IMG/VR virus record: IMGVR_UViG_3300022682_000016
Span: 26,313-90,312 of that record
Direction: 5' to 3' (one strand)
DNA length: 64,000 nt
DNA from: a virus
This document shows, one piece after another, positions 50,035 through 58,672 of the stretch (position 1 is the first letter of the stretch; every line of letters starts with the position of its first letter). A program made the position numbers and the translations under genes. The notes beneath the pieces are model-generated. The model had not been told where the DNA came from and did not search any database. It saw nothing but the letters and a program-made list of their open reading frames with translations.

Positions 50035-52151
50035 TATACAGTCTCCTCAAGTATAACCGCTGCTTCTCCGGAAGTGTTACTGACAGCATTGGCTTGGTCT
50101 TTATTGAACCATAAGTTCCCTGTTGGATTAGCTACTCCGGTAGGTTCTGTTATAGTAAACTTATCAACCTCATTGGTTGTGTCTGTACTATAAGTAAATA
50201 TGGTTCCACCATTGGGACCACCTCCACCTTTAGATAGGTTTTCGCAAACAAGTTTGGAAGTATCATAAACCTGCGTACCTATAGAAGCTTCTCTATTTGG
50301 CCAAGCAGCTACAGTAAGGGTTCTTTGCGTAAATCCACCAAGGACATAATCCGCACCACTATTAATAACTGTTACAACTTTACCTGCCAAGTTGGTAGAG
50401 GACAGATTAGTAAATGTAAAAGTACCCTTAGTATCAGAGTCTGCCACAAGCATGGATCTTGTCCAATTACTTGGTCCCCCTGTAAACCCAGCTCCTTGCC
50501 AAGTACCTTCACCAGCTCCTAAATCATCTAAGGTAGGAGCTTCTATTAATCTTTGAGAACTTGCAATTGTTATAGAGTAAGATTCTCCAGCATTAGAGCT
50601 TCGTAGTCGTGTATATGGAGTACTAATGTTAATCACTTGATCAGAATGTGCTATGTAAACCACTGCCTGTCTTGTAGTAGAAGCTGCGTTGGTAGTTTTA
50701 GTAGCTACCACTCTAAAGTTATTAATAGATATATTATAGTTACCTGCAATACGGGTAGCTGACTTGGCAGGCTCATAAGTACTGGAATTAGCAATAGACA
50801 ATTGTGAATTTGGTGAATCGTAAGCAACTGTACCGGTACCTGTTGGGAATGAGATTGTATGATTAACAGTTACAGATTCAGAATCTTTAATAGCTTCTTG
50901 AGAAGCTGGATAATCAATATTTCCCTGAGAAATTGAGGATATTACTGGGTAGTCATTGTTAAGTTCAACAGTACCTGACGCGTCTCCTGTATGGAAATCT
51001 GTAGCCACTACATAATCACCCCAGAAATTGTTAGATTCTGCTCGACAACGGATTCTAACAGTCTGTTCAGCAATTGTTCCTGAACCCCTATCAGAAATAG
51101 TTATAGCAACTGTATGACTAGTTCCTGGAGTAAGGGATGTTGTTTGAGCCTGCGCAGCTTGATAATTAACAACCTCTACCCTATCACAAGCAACATCTGT
51201 AGTGAAGGTTATATTGAATGTATCACCCTCTTTAAGTTCTGTTTGAGAACCTGGGTAACCATCTGTAAACTGTAGATCAGTGACTTGCGCACCAGCAGCC
51301 ACAGTTACTGGAACAGTATAAGGTTCTGGATTATCCTCATGCTCTGCGGAAAGTTCAGAAGCCCCATTAAGATCAATAGCTATACTTCCTACCCAGTGTC
51401 CTTGAGAATTAAGACTTAAATCAGAAGGATCAATATCATTACCGTTTATGGAAAGTCTAGGTACATAGTGAGAATACCCAGTAAAGGCTAATACTTCCAC
51501 TGTTATAAGATCAGTATCTGTAGAAAATCCAGTTAAGGTATACCCATCCTCATAAGTCTTATCTCCAACATTACCGACACCAGTTGCGGACACATCCGTT
51601 ATAAACACGGCCCCATTAGTATCTGCCGCATCTCTCGACCTGGAAGAAGAACTACATGAAGAACTAAAACTGGAACTGTGGCTAGAACTACAACTTGAAG
51701 AACTACTAAAGTTCTCATCTGAGGAACTGGATGAGGAACTGAAGCTTGATGAACTAAAACTTGAAGAACTGAAGCTGGATGAACAGCTACTAAAACTGGA
51801 AGAACTGAAGCTGGCACTGTGAGAACTTGAGCTATATATTAGTGGAGTTCCGGTATAATCCCTTCCAACACCGATACCTGTTCTTGTAGTATATGCTTGT
51901 GGAGCCACACCACCCAAAATATTGTAAGGTCTTACAGTTGGCCATGACCCACCTTTACCAATATTAACAGCAGCAGCTGTTCCCCGAGCAATTAGATAAT
52001 CAGGAATCTCATTAGGAACACCCAAAGCTGAAGAACAGCTGGGAGAGCTACTAAATGAACTAGATGATGAGCTAGACATTGAAGAACTACAGCTACTAAA
52101 AGAACTGGATGAGAAACTACTGGAAGAAGATGAAGATGACGAACTAGCCAT
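50034..52151 (-). CDS. Virion structural protein with two N-terminal poly-Ser/Cys tracts
   Basis: Ser tracts at aa ~3-41 and ~106-171, followed by Ig-like beta-rich domains. Confidence 0.7.
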   Translation of the reverse strand: MASSSSSSSSSSFSSSSFSSCSSSMSSSSSSSFSSSPSCSSALGVPNEIPDYLIARGTAAAVNIGKGGSWPTVRPYNILGGVAPQAYTTRTGIGVGRDYTGTPLIYSSSSHSASFSSSSFSSCSSSFSSSSFSSSSFSSSSSSSDENFSSSSSCSSSHSSSFSSSCSSSSRSRDAADTNGAVFITDVSATGVGNVGDKTYEDGYTLTGFSTDTDLITVEVLAFTGYSHYVPRLSINGNDIDPSDLSLNSQGHWVGSIAIDLNGASELSAEHEDNPEPYTVPVTVAAGAQVTDLQFTDGYPGSQTELKEGDTFNITFTTDVACDRVEVVNYQAAQAQTTSLTPGTSHTVAITISDRGSGTIAEQTVRIRCRAESNNFWGDYVVATDFHTGDASGTVELNNDYPVISSISQGNIDYPASQEAIKDSESVTVNHTISFPTGTGTVAYDSPNSQLSIANSSTYEPAKSATRIAGNYNISINNFRVVATKTTNAASTTRQAVVYIAHSDQVINISTPYTRLRSSNAGESYSITIASSQRLIEAPTLDDLGAGEGTWQGAGFTGGPSNWTRSMLVADSDTKGTFTFTNLSSTNLAGKVVTVINSGADYVLGGFTQRTLTVAAWPNREASIGTQVYDTSKLVCENLSKGGGGPNGGTIFTYSTDTTNEVDKFTITEPTGVANPTGNLWFNKDQANAVSNTSGEAAVILEETV

Positions 52152-53005
52152 TACAACATACCTCCAAGAATATTATTATGTCTATGACCCTGTCTTCTAG
52201 TAGGCTCCACAATAGGTGGTGTTGAGAATCTATAAGCCATATCATATAATTGCATCTTTTCCAAATTAAAGCTTTGGGCAGTTATATACCCCTGTATCTT
52301 TCTCTGTTTTACATTACGAACTCTGAATCGTTCATTATGTTGACGTACAAGAATATCACCCTCTGTAAGGCGTGGGTAAGTAGATATAATACCTGTAGTA
52401 GGTTCATCAATAGTGATACCATTAGAGTTACCAACCAATTTTTTAGGATTTGATCTTACTCTACAGTAAACATTCTCTATAAGCTCAAATCCTCCTTTAT
52501 ACCCATGCCCCAAACATGAGGGGCAGTTTGCATCTACTTTGCGAGTACGAACATCTATACAGTCACAATATTCACCTGCCCATTTACGAACAAGAAAGTG
52601 AACAACTTCAGCAGCTGAGAATCTTGTAGGATCTAACTGCATATTTGTTCGAGAACGTATAGTGGGTGCTACAAATTGTTGTATACCGTGTAAAGGTGTT
52701 TCAAAGGTTTCAGAAAGAGATTTTGATAATGGGTACTCATCCCCATTTTGAAGAACTGGTATAACTTTATAAAACCACTGAACTTTCTGATTTGCAACTG
52801 CTTCACCAGTAAATCCCCTATCCTGAAAATAGTTTACCTGTATTATTTTACTATTTATTTTATACCAATCATTAGGATCGTCACTTCTTTCTTCTGCACG
52901 GTAAATATTGTAACCTTGAACATTTCTAACATGCATCCAAGCAAGATCTACTAAATAGTTACCAGCTTGAGTAGTTGGACGGCTAACAATAAGTTTAAAA
53001 TCCAT
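52151..53005 (-). CDS. Neck/head-closure protein with FnIII-like and Zn-binding domain
   Basis: LAW....GYNIYR...FYKV; CDC...CPSCLGHGY.GG; P.L.EGDILV. Confidence 0.65.
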   Translation of the reverse strand: MDFKLIVSRPTTQAGNYLVDLAWMHVRNVQGYNIYRAEERSDDPNDWYKINSKIIQVNYFQDRGFTGEAVANQKVQWFYKVIPVLQNGDEYPLSKSLSETFETPLHGIQQFVAPTIRSRTNMQLDPTRFSAAEVVHFLVRKWAGEYCDCIDVRTRKVDANCPSCLGHGYKGGFELIENVYCRVRSNPKKLVGNSNGITIDEPTTGIISTYPRLTEGDILVRQHNERFRVRNVKQRKIQGYITAQSFNLEKMQLYDMAYRFSTPPIVEPTRRQGHRHNNILGGML

Positions 53006-53700
53006 TAGTTAGATTTCCTTTTCAGGAGTTTCGACACTGCTAGAGAAAAACACTCTTTAACAGAAAGTTCTTTTAGTATCTCATGTTTAAAATCATGTTT
53101 AGCTGTAGCTCTAACCTCATTCTCTAATCTTACTCTATATTTCTCTCTTAAGAAAACATCCCAATCAAATAATGTACCAGGATCTACTTTCATAACTGAT
53201 TTTTTCTTAATACCAAGATCTACGGCTATTTGACCAGAGATCCAATCATGGCCTACCCATTGCTCAATATGCCCTAAATTTTGATTATTAACGTAATCTT
53301 CAATAAATACTGCTAAATTAGCAAGAGATTGATATTGTGGAGTTGTGTATTTATCTCCAGCTTTACAAACCAATTCAACACCTATTGAATCATGATTAAT
53401 ATTTTCCATATACTCTGGAATAGCTATTACTGATTTTCCAGCATGCCAAGCAGTGTCCTCTAAACGAACAAGCTGCCATATATTTCCTTCACGATCAATT
53501 ATATAATGACATGAAAATTGGTATTTTGGACCTTCCTCATCAAATATCTTTAAGACGCCTTCCATATTGTAAGGATCTTGCTCATACCCCTCCATATTTT
53601 TAGCGCTTACAAAGTGTATAACACCAAATTTTATTGGTCTTTCATGTCCTTTAGTATAACTTGGGACGAAATGTTCCTGAACAGCTATTGCGGTATTCAT
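53005..53700 (-). CDS. N-acetylmuramoyl-L-alanine amidase (Amidase_2/AmpD-like endolysin)
   Basis: VIH, SCHYII, AWHAG, N..SIGVEL, VGH..I, K.DPG. Confidence 0.92.
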   Translation of the reverse strand: MNTAIAVQEHFVPSYTKGHERPIKFGVIHFVSAKNMEGYEQDPYNMEGVLKIFDEEGPKYQFSCHYIIDREGNIWQLVRLEDTAWHAGKSVIAIPEYMENINHDSIGVELVCKAGDKYTTPQYQSLANLAVFIEDYVNNQNLGHIEQWVGHDWISGQIAVDLGIKKKSVMKVDPGTLFDWDVFLREKYRVRLENEVRATAKHDFKHEILKELSVKECFSLAVSKLLKRKSN

Positions 53701-56216
53701 AACACATCTTTCAAAGAGTTTATAACCTTAGTTACATAATCATCATAACCTTTACCGTCTAACTCATCACTAACTGGGACTGATCCATAATCATCGGCCT
53801 CGTCTGATTTTTCTGATAAGGTGTCTCCTTCTGGAGATTCGTTTATTTCACCCGGACCTATGTTCATCATATCTTGAAGACGTTTAACCATTAGCGGTGA
53901 TGTATTGTAAAAACCTTTATAAGAGTCTGGGTCGTAGTAATCGTAATTGTCCCCAAGGTTACCAAGGAATTTATCTCGAACATCGTTAAATATTCCGGAT
54001 GGAGTGTTGTACGCATACCCATCTTGATCAAATGCTTTCTTTATAGTATTTAAAGATGCTCGTATATCAGCATCCTCTGGATCAAACTTACCAGTGTTTC
54101 CGATAGCAGATTTTATTTGATTAGGAGAAAATACTGCATAACCCCAAGTAGATTGTCCTGGTGCTTCTTTAACAGTGTAACCGTCATAACCATTTTCCTG
54201 CAACCAAGATACAAACTGTTTTGATTCTCTAGCATCATAATTACCGATAGCTATTGCATCTGAAAAATTATAAGCATCATCCTCTGAAAAATCATAATTA
54301 TTAATCAAGTAATTCCTGAACGAAACCAACTCATTAGAGTCTTCATCTACCTTATCAAATAATTTTTCTACTTTTAAATAAACTGGATATATATTAGCTC
54401 CTTTAGCATATGCATAACCACCAGCAAACTCAGGATTTGGGGTAAAGAATAGCTGTTGCTGAGTTGGTTCTGAGTCTACTCCTGATTTAAACGAGGGCTT
54501 AAATTCAGAAAATGATTCATGAGTCCCATGGTAAACAACTAAAGGATTACCGTCCTCATCAACTACTTTACTATCCCCAAACCATGCTTTGAACTCTGGA
54601 GAGTCTGTAATTGAGGCTGTGAGTGTGTTTTTAATAGGTATGACTGTACCGTCACCCAATGTAATGTCTAATAACTTAATAGGACTTCCAGAAAGCACTC
54701 TTAGTTCATATTCATCTCTACCTTGAAATTCTGCTGCTGCTGATATAGTTCCATAAATATCAACGTATTCTTTGCCAACTATACCATGCAAAATAATAGT
54801 TTCTCCAGGGTCACTGAGAGAATGGTAAGGTCTAGCACCTTCTTTATTATAAGACCAGTATAAACCTAATCCATCACTCTCTTTATTTTTTGAAACTCCA
54901 CGTTTTATATCGTCTATAAAACTCTCAACATCTCGTACTTTAATAGCCCTCCAAATTTCAAATTCATTAGCACTGTAAAAATCCTCTGGAAGCCTAATTC
55001 CGTTAAAAAACTCTTCTAAAGAGTTTCTCAATATAATATTAGCCTCATCATCTAAATTATCTTTGTCGATGTTTGTAAAATCAGTATTATAAAACACATC
55101 ATCCAAAATTTGTCCAAAAGTATCAGATTCTGTAGCAGCTAAAAGTCCCTCCACAACAACATTATTAGCATCCTTTCCAAGCATATCAGAAATAATAAGC
55201 TTTACATTATCAGTATCATATAAATAATCAGAAATATAGTTCTGAATACTGGATATATCCGAATTGTCAGAATAAACAACAGAAGATCTATTTTTAGAAG
55301 TTTTCAAGACAGATGCTACTGTTTCTAAGTAGTCTTCAAGATCGCCCAAGTCATCAAACTCTTTATAAGGTTTTTCAAGCCTGTCAAGAAGTTCCTTTTC
55401 GTGTTCAGTACCTTCCCCACCTTTATAAAATACGACTTCATCGGACAAAAGCATATTAGCTACTTCATCATAGATATTGACCTCAGCTTCCCAATCTTCA
55501 TCAACAGGATCTATTAAAATCATAGTATCCTTAAATTCTTCTACTATGTCATCACGCCAGTCAGTGGTTTCACCACCAAGAAAAACAATTGGATCACCGT
55601 AAACAGTCCCGTCTTCGGAAAGGTTATTAGACTCCTTATCAGAATCAGCCACATCTTCTATAACCTCAACAGATTCCTTTTCAGGTTCATAACCTTCTAA
55701 GTAAAGATCTTCTGTAGTTCCATCAGGGTTACTGAGAATAAGTTTTGTTATTTCCCACTCAAAAGGTTCTACCTCTTCATCTTTAAGGCGTACTCCGGGC
55801 TGCATATATGCAATTGTAATGTGAGGCTTATACTCTGGATGAGAATCCTTATTTGGAAGTTCCTCTTTAAGAGTGTTATGCAGTTTGGTTAGCTGTTCAG
55901 ATTCAACAGGTACAATAGCAACTGTATTATCATTATCAAAATAATCAACTTTACCAGAACTTTTTATTTTAATAGGTTCTGTAAAATATTCTTTAATAGT
56001 ATCTTTACACGCCTTATCAGGATTAATTCCATATAAAACTGTTATATGAGTGTCAGTTTCTACCCCATTCATAGTTTCTTCTTGAGGATAAAGGTCCCCT
56101 TCATCTATAGTAGGCGCAATATCTTTTAAAAGTATGCGTCTAAGTTCATCCGGAACAGGAGCATAGATACAGCCATGCTCGTAATTAGCTGTTACTGTAT
56201 TCCTAAACATATTCAT
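53697..56216 (-). CDS. Polyvalent protein: 2H phosphoesterase + NDT-like + R-S-ExE ART-like + ART-PolyVal-like domains
   Basis: HITVLYG/PHITIAY; VFLGG...WR...IDPV..DW; IWR..YWS..EYE; FKAWFGDSKVVD..GNPLVVYHGT..FFT...YA..YPVYL..GYDG...VFSPNQIKS. Confidence 0.8.
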   Translation of the reverse strand: MNMFRNTVTANYEHGCIYAPVPDELRRILLKDIAPTIDEGDLYPQEETMNGVETDTHITVLYGINPDKACKDTIKEYFTEPIKIKSSGKVDYFDNDNTVAIVPVESEQLTKLHNTLKEELPNKDSHPEYKPHITIAYMQPGVRLKDEEVEPFEWEITKLILSNPDGTTEDLYLEGYEPEKESVEVIEDVADSDKESNNLSEDGTVYGDPIVFLGGETTDWRDDIVEEFKDTMILIDPVDEDWEAEVNIYDEVANMLLSDEVVFYKGGEGTEHEKELLDRLEKPYKEFDDLGDLEDYLETVASVLKTSKNRSSVVYSDNSDISSIQNYISDYLYDTDNVKLIISDMLGKDANNVVVEGLLAATESDTFGQILDDVFYNTDFTNIDKDNLDDEANIILRNSLEEFFNGIRLPEDFYSANEFEIWRAIKVRDVESFIDDIKRGVSKNKESDGLGLYWSYNKEGARPYHSLSDPGETIILHGIVGKEYVDIYGTISAAAEFQGRDEYELRVLSGSPIKLLDITLGDGTVIPIKNTLTASITDSPEFKAWFGDSKVVDEDGNPLVVYHGTHESFSEFKPSFKSGVDSEPTQQQLFFTPNPEFAGGYAYAKGANIYPVYLKVEKLFDKVDEDSNELVSFRNYLINNYDFSEDDAYNFSDAIAIGNYDARESKQFVSWLQENGYDGYTVKEAPGQSTWGYAVFSPNQIKSAIGNTGKFDPEDADIRASLNTIKKAFDQDGYAYNTPSGIFNDVRDKFLGNLGDNYDYYDPDSYKGFYNTSPLMVKRLQDMMNIGPGEINESPEGDTLSEKSDEADDYGSVPVSDELDGKGYDDYVTKVINSLKDVL

Positions 56217-56320
56217 TTTTTGAACCTCTCTATAGACATAAAACCATCCTTAGATCTAGTCTCTTTATTAAAAAAATCAGTTGACTTAATGATTTTACAT
56301 CTTGTACATATTTTTTTCAT
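56213..56320 (-). pseudogene. 35-aa remnant of the N-terminal zinc finger of a homing endonuclease
   Basis: MKKICTRCKIIKSTDFFNKETRSKDGFMSIERFKK*; matches K.C..C...K....F......KDG but lacks the second CxxC and the nuclease domain; ATGA overlap with the polyvalent gene. Confidence 0.6.
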
Positions 56321-56358
56321 AGTTTAAACTATTAATACCTCATAAATGATTGATTTTA

Positions 56359-57210
56359 TTAACCATAGAAAACTCTGCTCATGTGAGGTAGAAGCGATAA
56401 TGTCCTCTGATAGTACATGGGAAATCGTCCAGACGCCATTCCGATCGGCTTGACAGCGTGCCACATAAAGTCTCTTTTCCACGTCTTAATGGCTAATATC
56501 CACTGCTGTCTCAATGTCTGCGCATTTTGGAAAAAGGGTGTTCTATCAATATTCAGCGACAATTCATCATTATAATTAAATCTATTCCACTGAGCAAACA
56601 CACCGGCAGCTTCTAACGCACATACAAAACCGCCAGTAACTATTAAATCATGAGCCTCTGAAAATCCTTGCTCCCAAGTAATATTCATTGGTTGAGGTGG
56701 TTCTTGTCCAACTTTTAAACGAGCATTATCAAGACAACTGTACAATTCACCGTCTGTCCAACGTACACGCATATTGTCATCAATAAGGTACCTACTAGCT
56801 CTCTTATCCCAAAGTTTGGCTCTTAGAACACCTATAAAGTATTGTTCAATATTAGTTTCAGCAGAGGTAAAGGATAATTGATGATTAACTGGGCCAATCC
56901 CAGTTGCAGAACCAGAAAATGTAAATACATATGTCCCGGCATCCATACCGGTTGTTAGAAAACAATAATGCCACACACCAATAGAGTCATCTACCCTACT
57001 AAGAGGAACTAAAACTTTTTCAGGTGTGTATGGGTTACCGTCTTTTGTAACAGTTACGGAATAGGTAGTAGGGTCAAAATATTGATTAGTAGTAGGATCT
57101 ATCCAATCAATATTAACCTCAACGTGGTCTTTATTTACAGAGATACCTTGAGTATTTATACCCTGTAATTGATTTCCAGGACTTGTTGAAAGACTGTTAT
57201 CTGAGGACAT
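56359..57210 (-). CDS. Head-tail adaptor/neck protein
   Basis: Ig-like N-terminus, then LR.KL.D...RWTD.EL...L...PP, F.YND..L.IDR. Confidence 0.65.
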   Translation of the reverse strand: MSSDNSLSTSPGNQLQGINTQGISVNKDHVEVNIDWIDPTTNQYFDPTTYSVTVTKDGNPYTPEKVLVPLSRVDDSIGVWHYCFLTTGMDAGTYVFTFSGSATGIGPVNHQLSFTSAETNIEQYFIGVLRAKLWDKRASRYLIDDNMRVRWTDGELYSCLDNARLKVGQEPPQPMNITWEQGFSEAHDLIVTGGFVCALEAAGVFAQWNRFNYNDELSLNIDRTPFFQNAQTLRQQWILAIKTWKRDFMWHAVKPIGMASGRFPMYYQRTLSLLPHMSRVFYG

Positions 57211-57218
57211 AAAAGACC

Positions 57219-57370
57219 CCTGGTTTATCCAACTTATAAAAAGTTAGAATGGCCCCCTTCAAAACCTTTAAGTGGATTTCGTGCTTCCCAGAAACCAGTT
57301 TCGTATTTCAAGAAATCCTGAAATACCAGAGCCGGTCTCTCCACACGCTTTAACGACAAACCCTGCCGCA
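57219..57370 (-). ncRNA. Putative omega/reRNA scaffold of TnpB
   Basis: Overlaps the tnpB 3' end; nested stems GAGACCGG/CTGGTTTC and GTATTTCA/TGAAATAC. The location is as established for TnpB elements. Confidence 0.55.
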
Positions 57371-58417
57371 TAATATTTTGTGCTGCATTTAAATCTCTGT
57401 CAATTTCAATTCCACATTCGCATTTGAAAACCCTGTCACTGAGATTCATATCATTAACAGAACCACAATCAAAACACAACTTTGTACTTGGGAAAAACCT
57501 ATTTATAACATGAACTCTTTTACATTTGTATTCAAGCTGTCTGCGTGCCTCTCGGAACGAAACGTCAGCAATAGCTTTTGCTAATTTGTGATTTCGCAAC
57601 ATACCAGAAGTATTTAAATCTTCAAGACAAACATCTATATAATTATTGGCAATATATCTTGAAAATTTATGAATTGCATCACTCCTGTAATTACTAATCC
57701 TAATATGTAGTCGTTGAAGCGTGGTTTTTACTTTACGGAAACTATTAGAACCCCTTACCTTTCTTGACAAAGATTTGTTTAGCAACCTTAAACGATGTGA
57801 AAATTTCTCGATTATTCTAGGATTTTCAAAAACAATACCATCAGACAATGTAGCGAATTTTGATACGCCAAAGTCAATACCAATAGGTTTAACAGCTTGG
57901 TTTTTAATATCACCTTTGTTATCAACTTCAACGCTAATCGAAATAAACCACCAATTAGCCTTTCGAGATACTACAGCAGAAACAATCTTGCCATCATATC
58001 GCAACGATTCTGTCATTTTAACCCAGCCTAATTTTGGGACTTTCACTTTATTATTATCAATGGATAACACTGTACCAGAAATATAAAACGAATCATGTAC
58101 CCCTTTCTTTTTAAATCTAGGATATCCTTTTTTAGTTTTAAAAAACCTTTTAAACGCACTATCAAGATTTCTAAACGCTTGGTCAGGTGCCCATTTTGTA
58201 ACATCATAAACAAACGGAAATTCAGCACGTTTTATGGAATTAAATTGTTTTTTACTCCAAAAGCAGTGGGTTTTCCTCCGCTTTCATATAAAAACTTCCA
58301 TTTTGCAAGCCCCCAATTATAAGCAAGCCTTGCACAGCCACATGCTTTTGCAAAATATGTAGACTGCACATTATTTGGAGACAGACGTATTTTATGACTT
58401 CTTTGTATTGTATTCAT
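57234..58417 (-). CDS. tnpB: TnpB RNA-guided endonuclease, split by a single -1 frameshift (about 394 aa if joined)
   Basis: HKIRLSPNN...ACGCARLAYNWGL, then after the shift KQFNSIK..FPF..V.K.APDQAF...GYPRFKKK; RuvC GIDFG, LEDL, DRDLNAA; Zn finger CFDC/CEC. Confidence 0.9.
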
Positions 58418-58468
58418 ATAAAGTTTTTATAACTATTTATAAGTTTAAACTAAACAGCTTTAACCTCC

Positions 58469-58672
58469 TTACAGTTTCAGCCCCCTCTTAATTGTGGAGA
58501 CTAGCTTAGCGATACTTGCTCTACCAAGGTTTTCAGTATTCCAACGATAATGATCTTCATACTCATCCATTACCGTTGTTCTTGGTGGAACCCGATCTTC
58601 TCGTCGTTCATTTTCTCGGAGCTGGGTATTATTAAACTCCAAATTATCATAAAGAACCGAGTCTTTACGCAT
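58469..58672 (-). CDS. Hypothetical protein
   Basis: 67 aa; TAATG coupling to the upstream gene. Confidence 0.6.
   Translation of the reverse strand: MRKDSVLYDNLEFNNTQLRENERREDRVPPRTTVMDEYEDHYRWNTENLGRASIAKLVSTIKRGLKL

Larger units (their letters stand above)
57217..58465 (-). mobile_element. Non-autonomous IS607-like element carrying tnpB only
   Basis: Subterminal inverted motif AACTTATAAA (57231-57240) / TTTATAAGTT (58436-58445); GG(T) at both junctions; no tnpA. Confidence 0.65.

Noticed and set aside
58043-58228. 61-aa minus-strand ORF inside tnpB suggesting a second frameshift
   Set aside because: The -1 frame from 58247 is already continuous with 57234..58070, so this ORF is an off-frame by-product.
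56320-58452. AGTTTAAACTA palindrome upstream of both the HNH stub (56321) and tnpB (58442)
   Set aside because: Only two copies of an AT-rich 11-mer at different distances from the starts; chance cannot be excluded.
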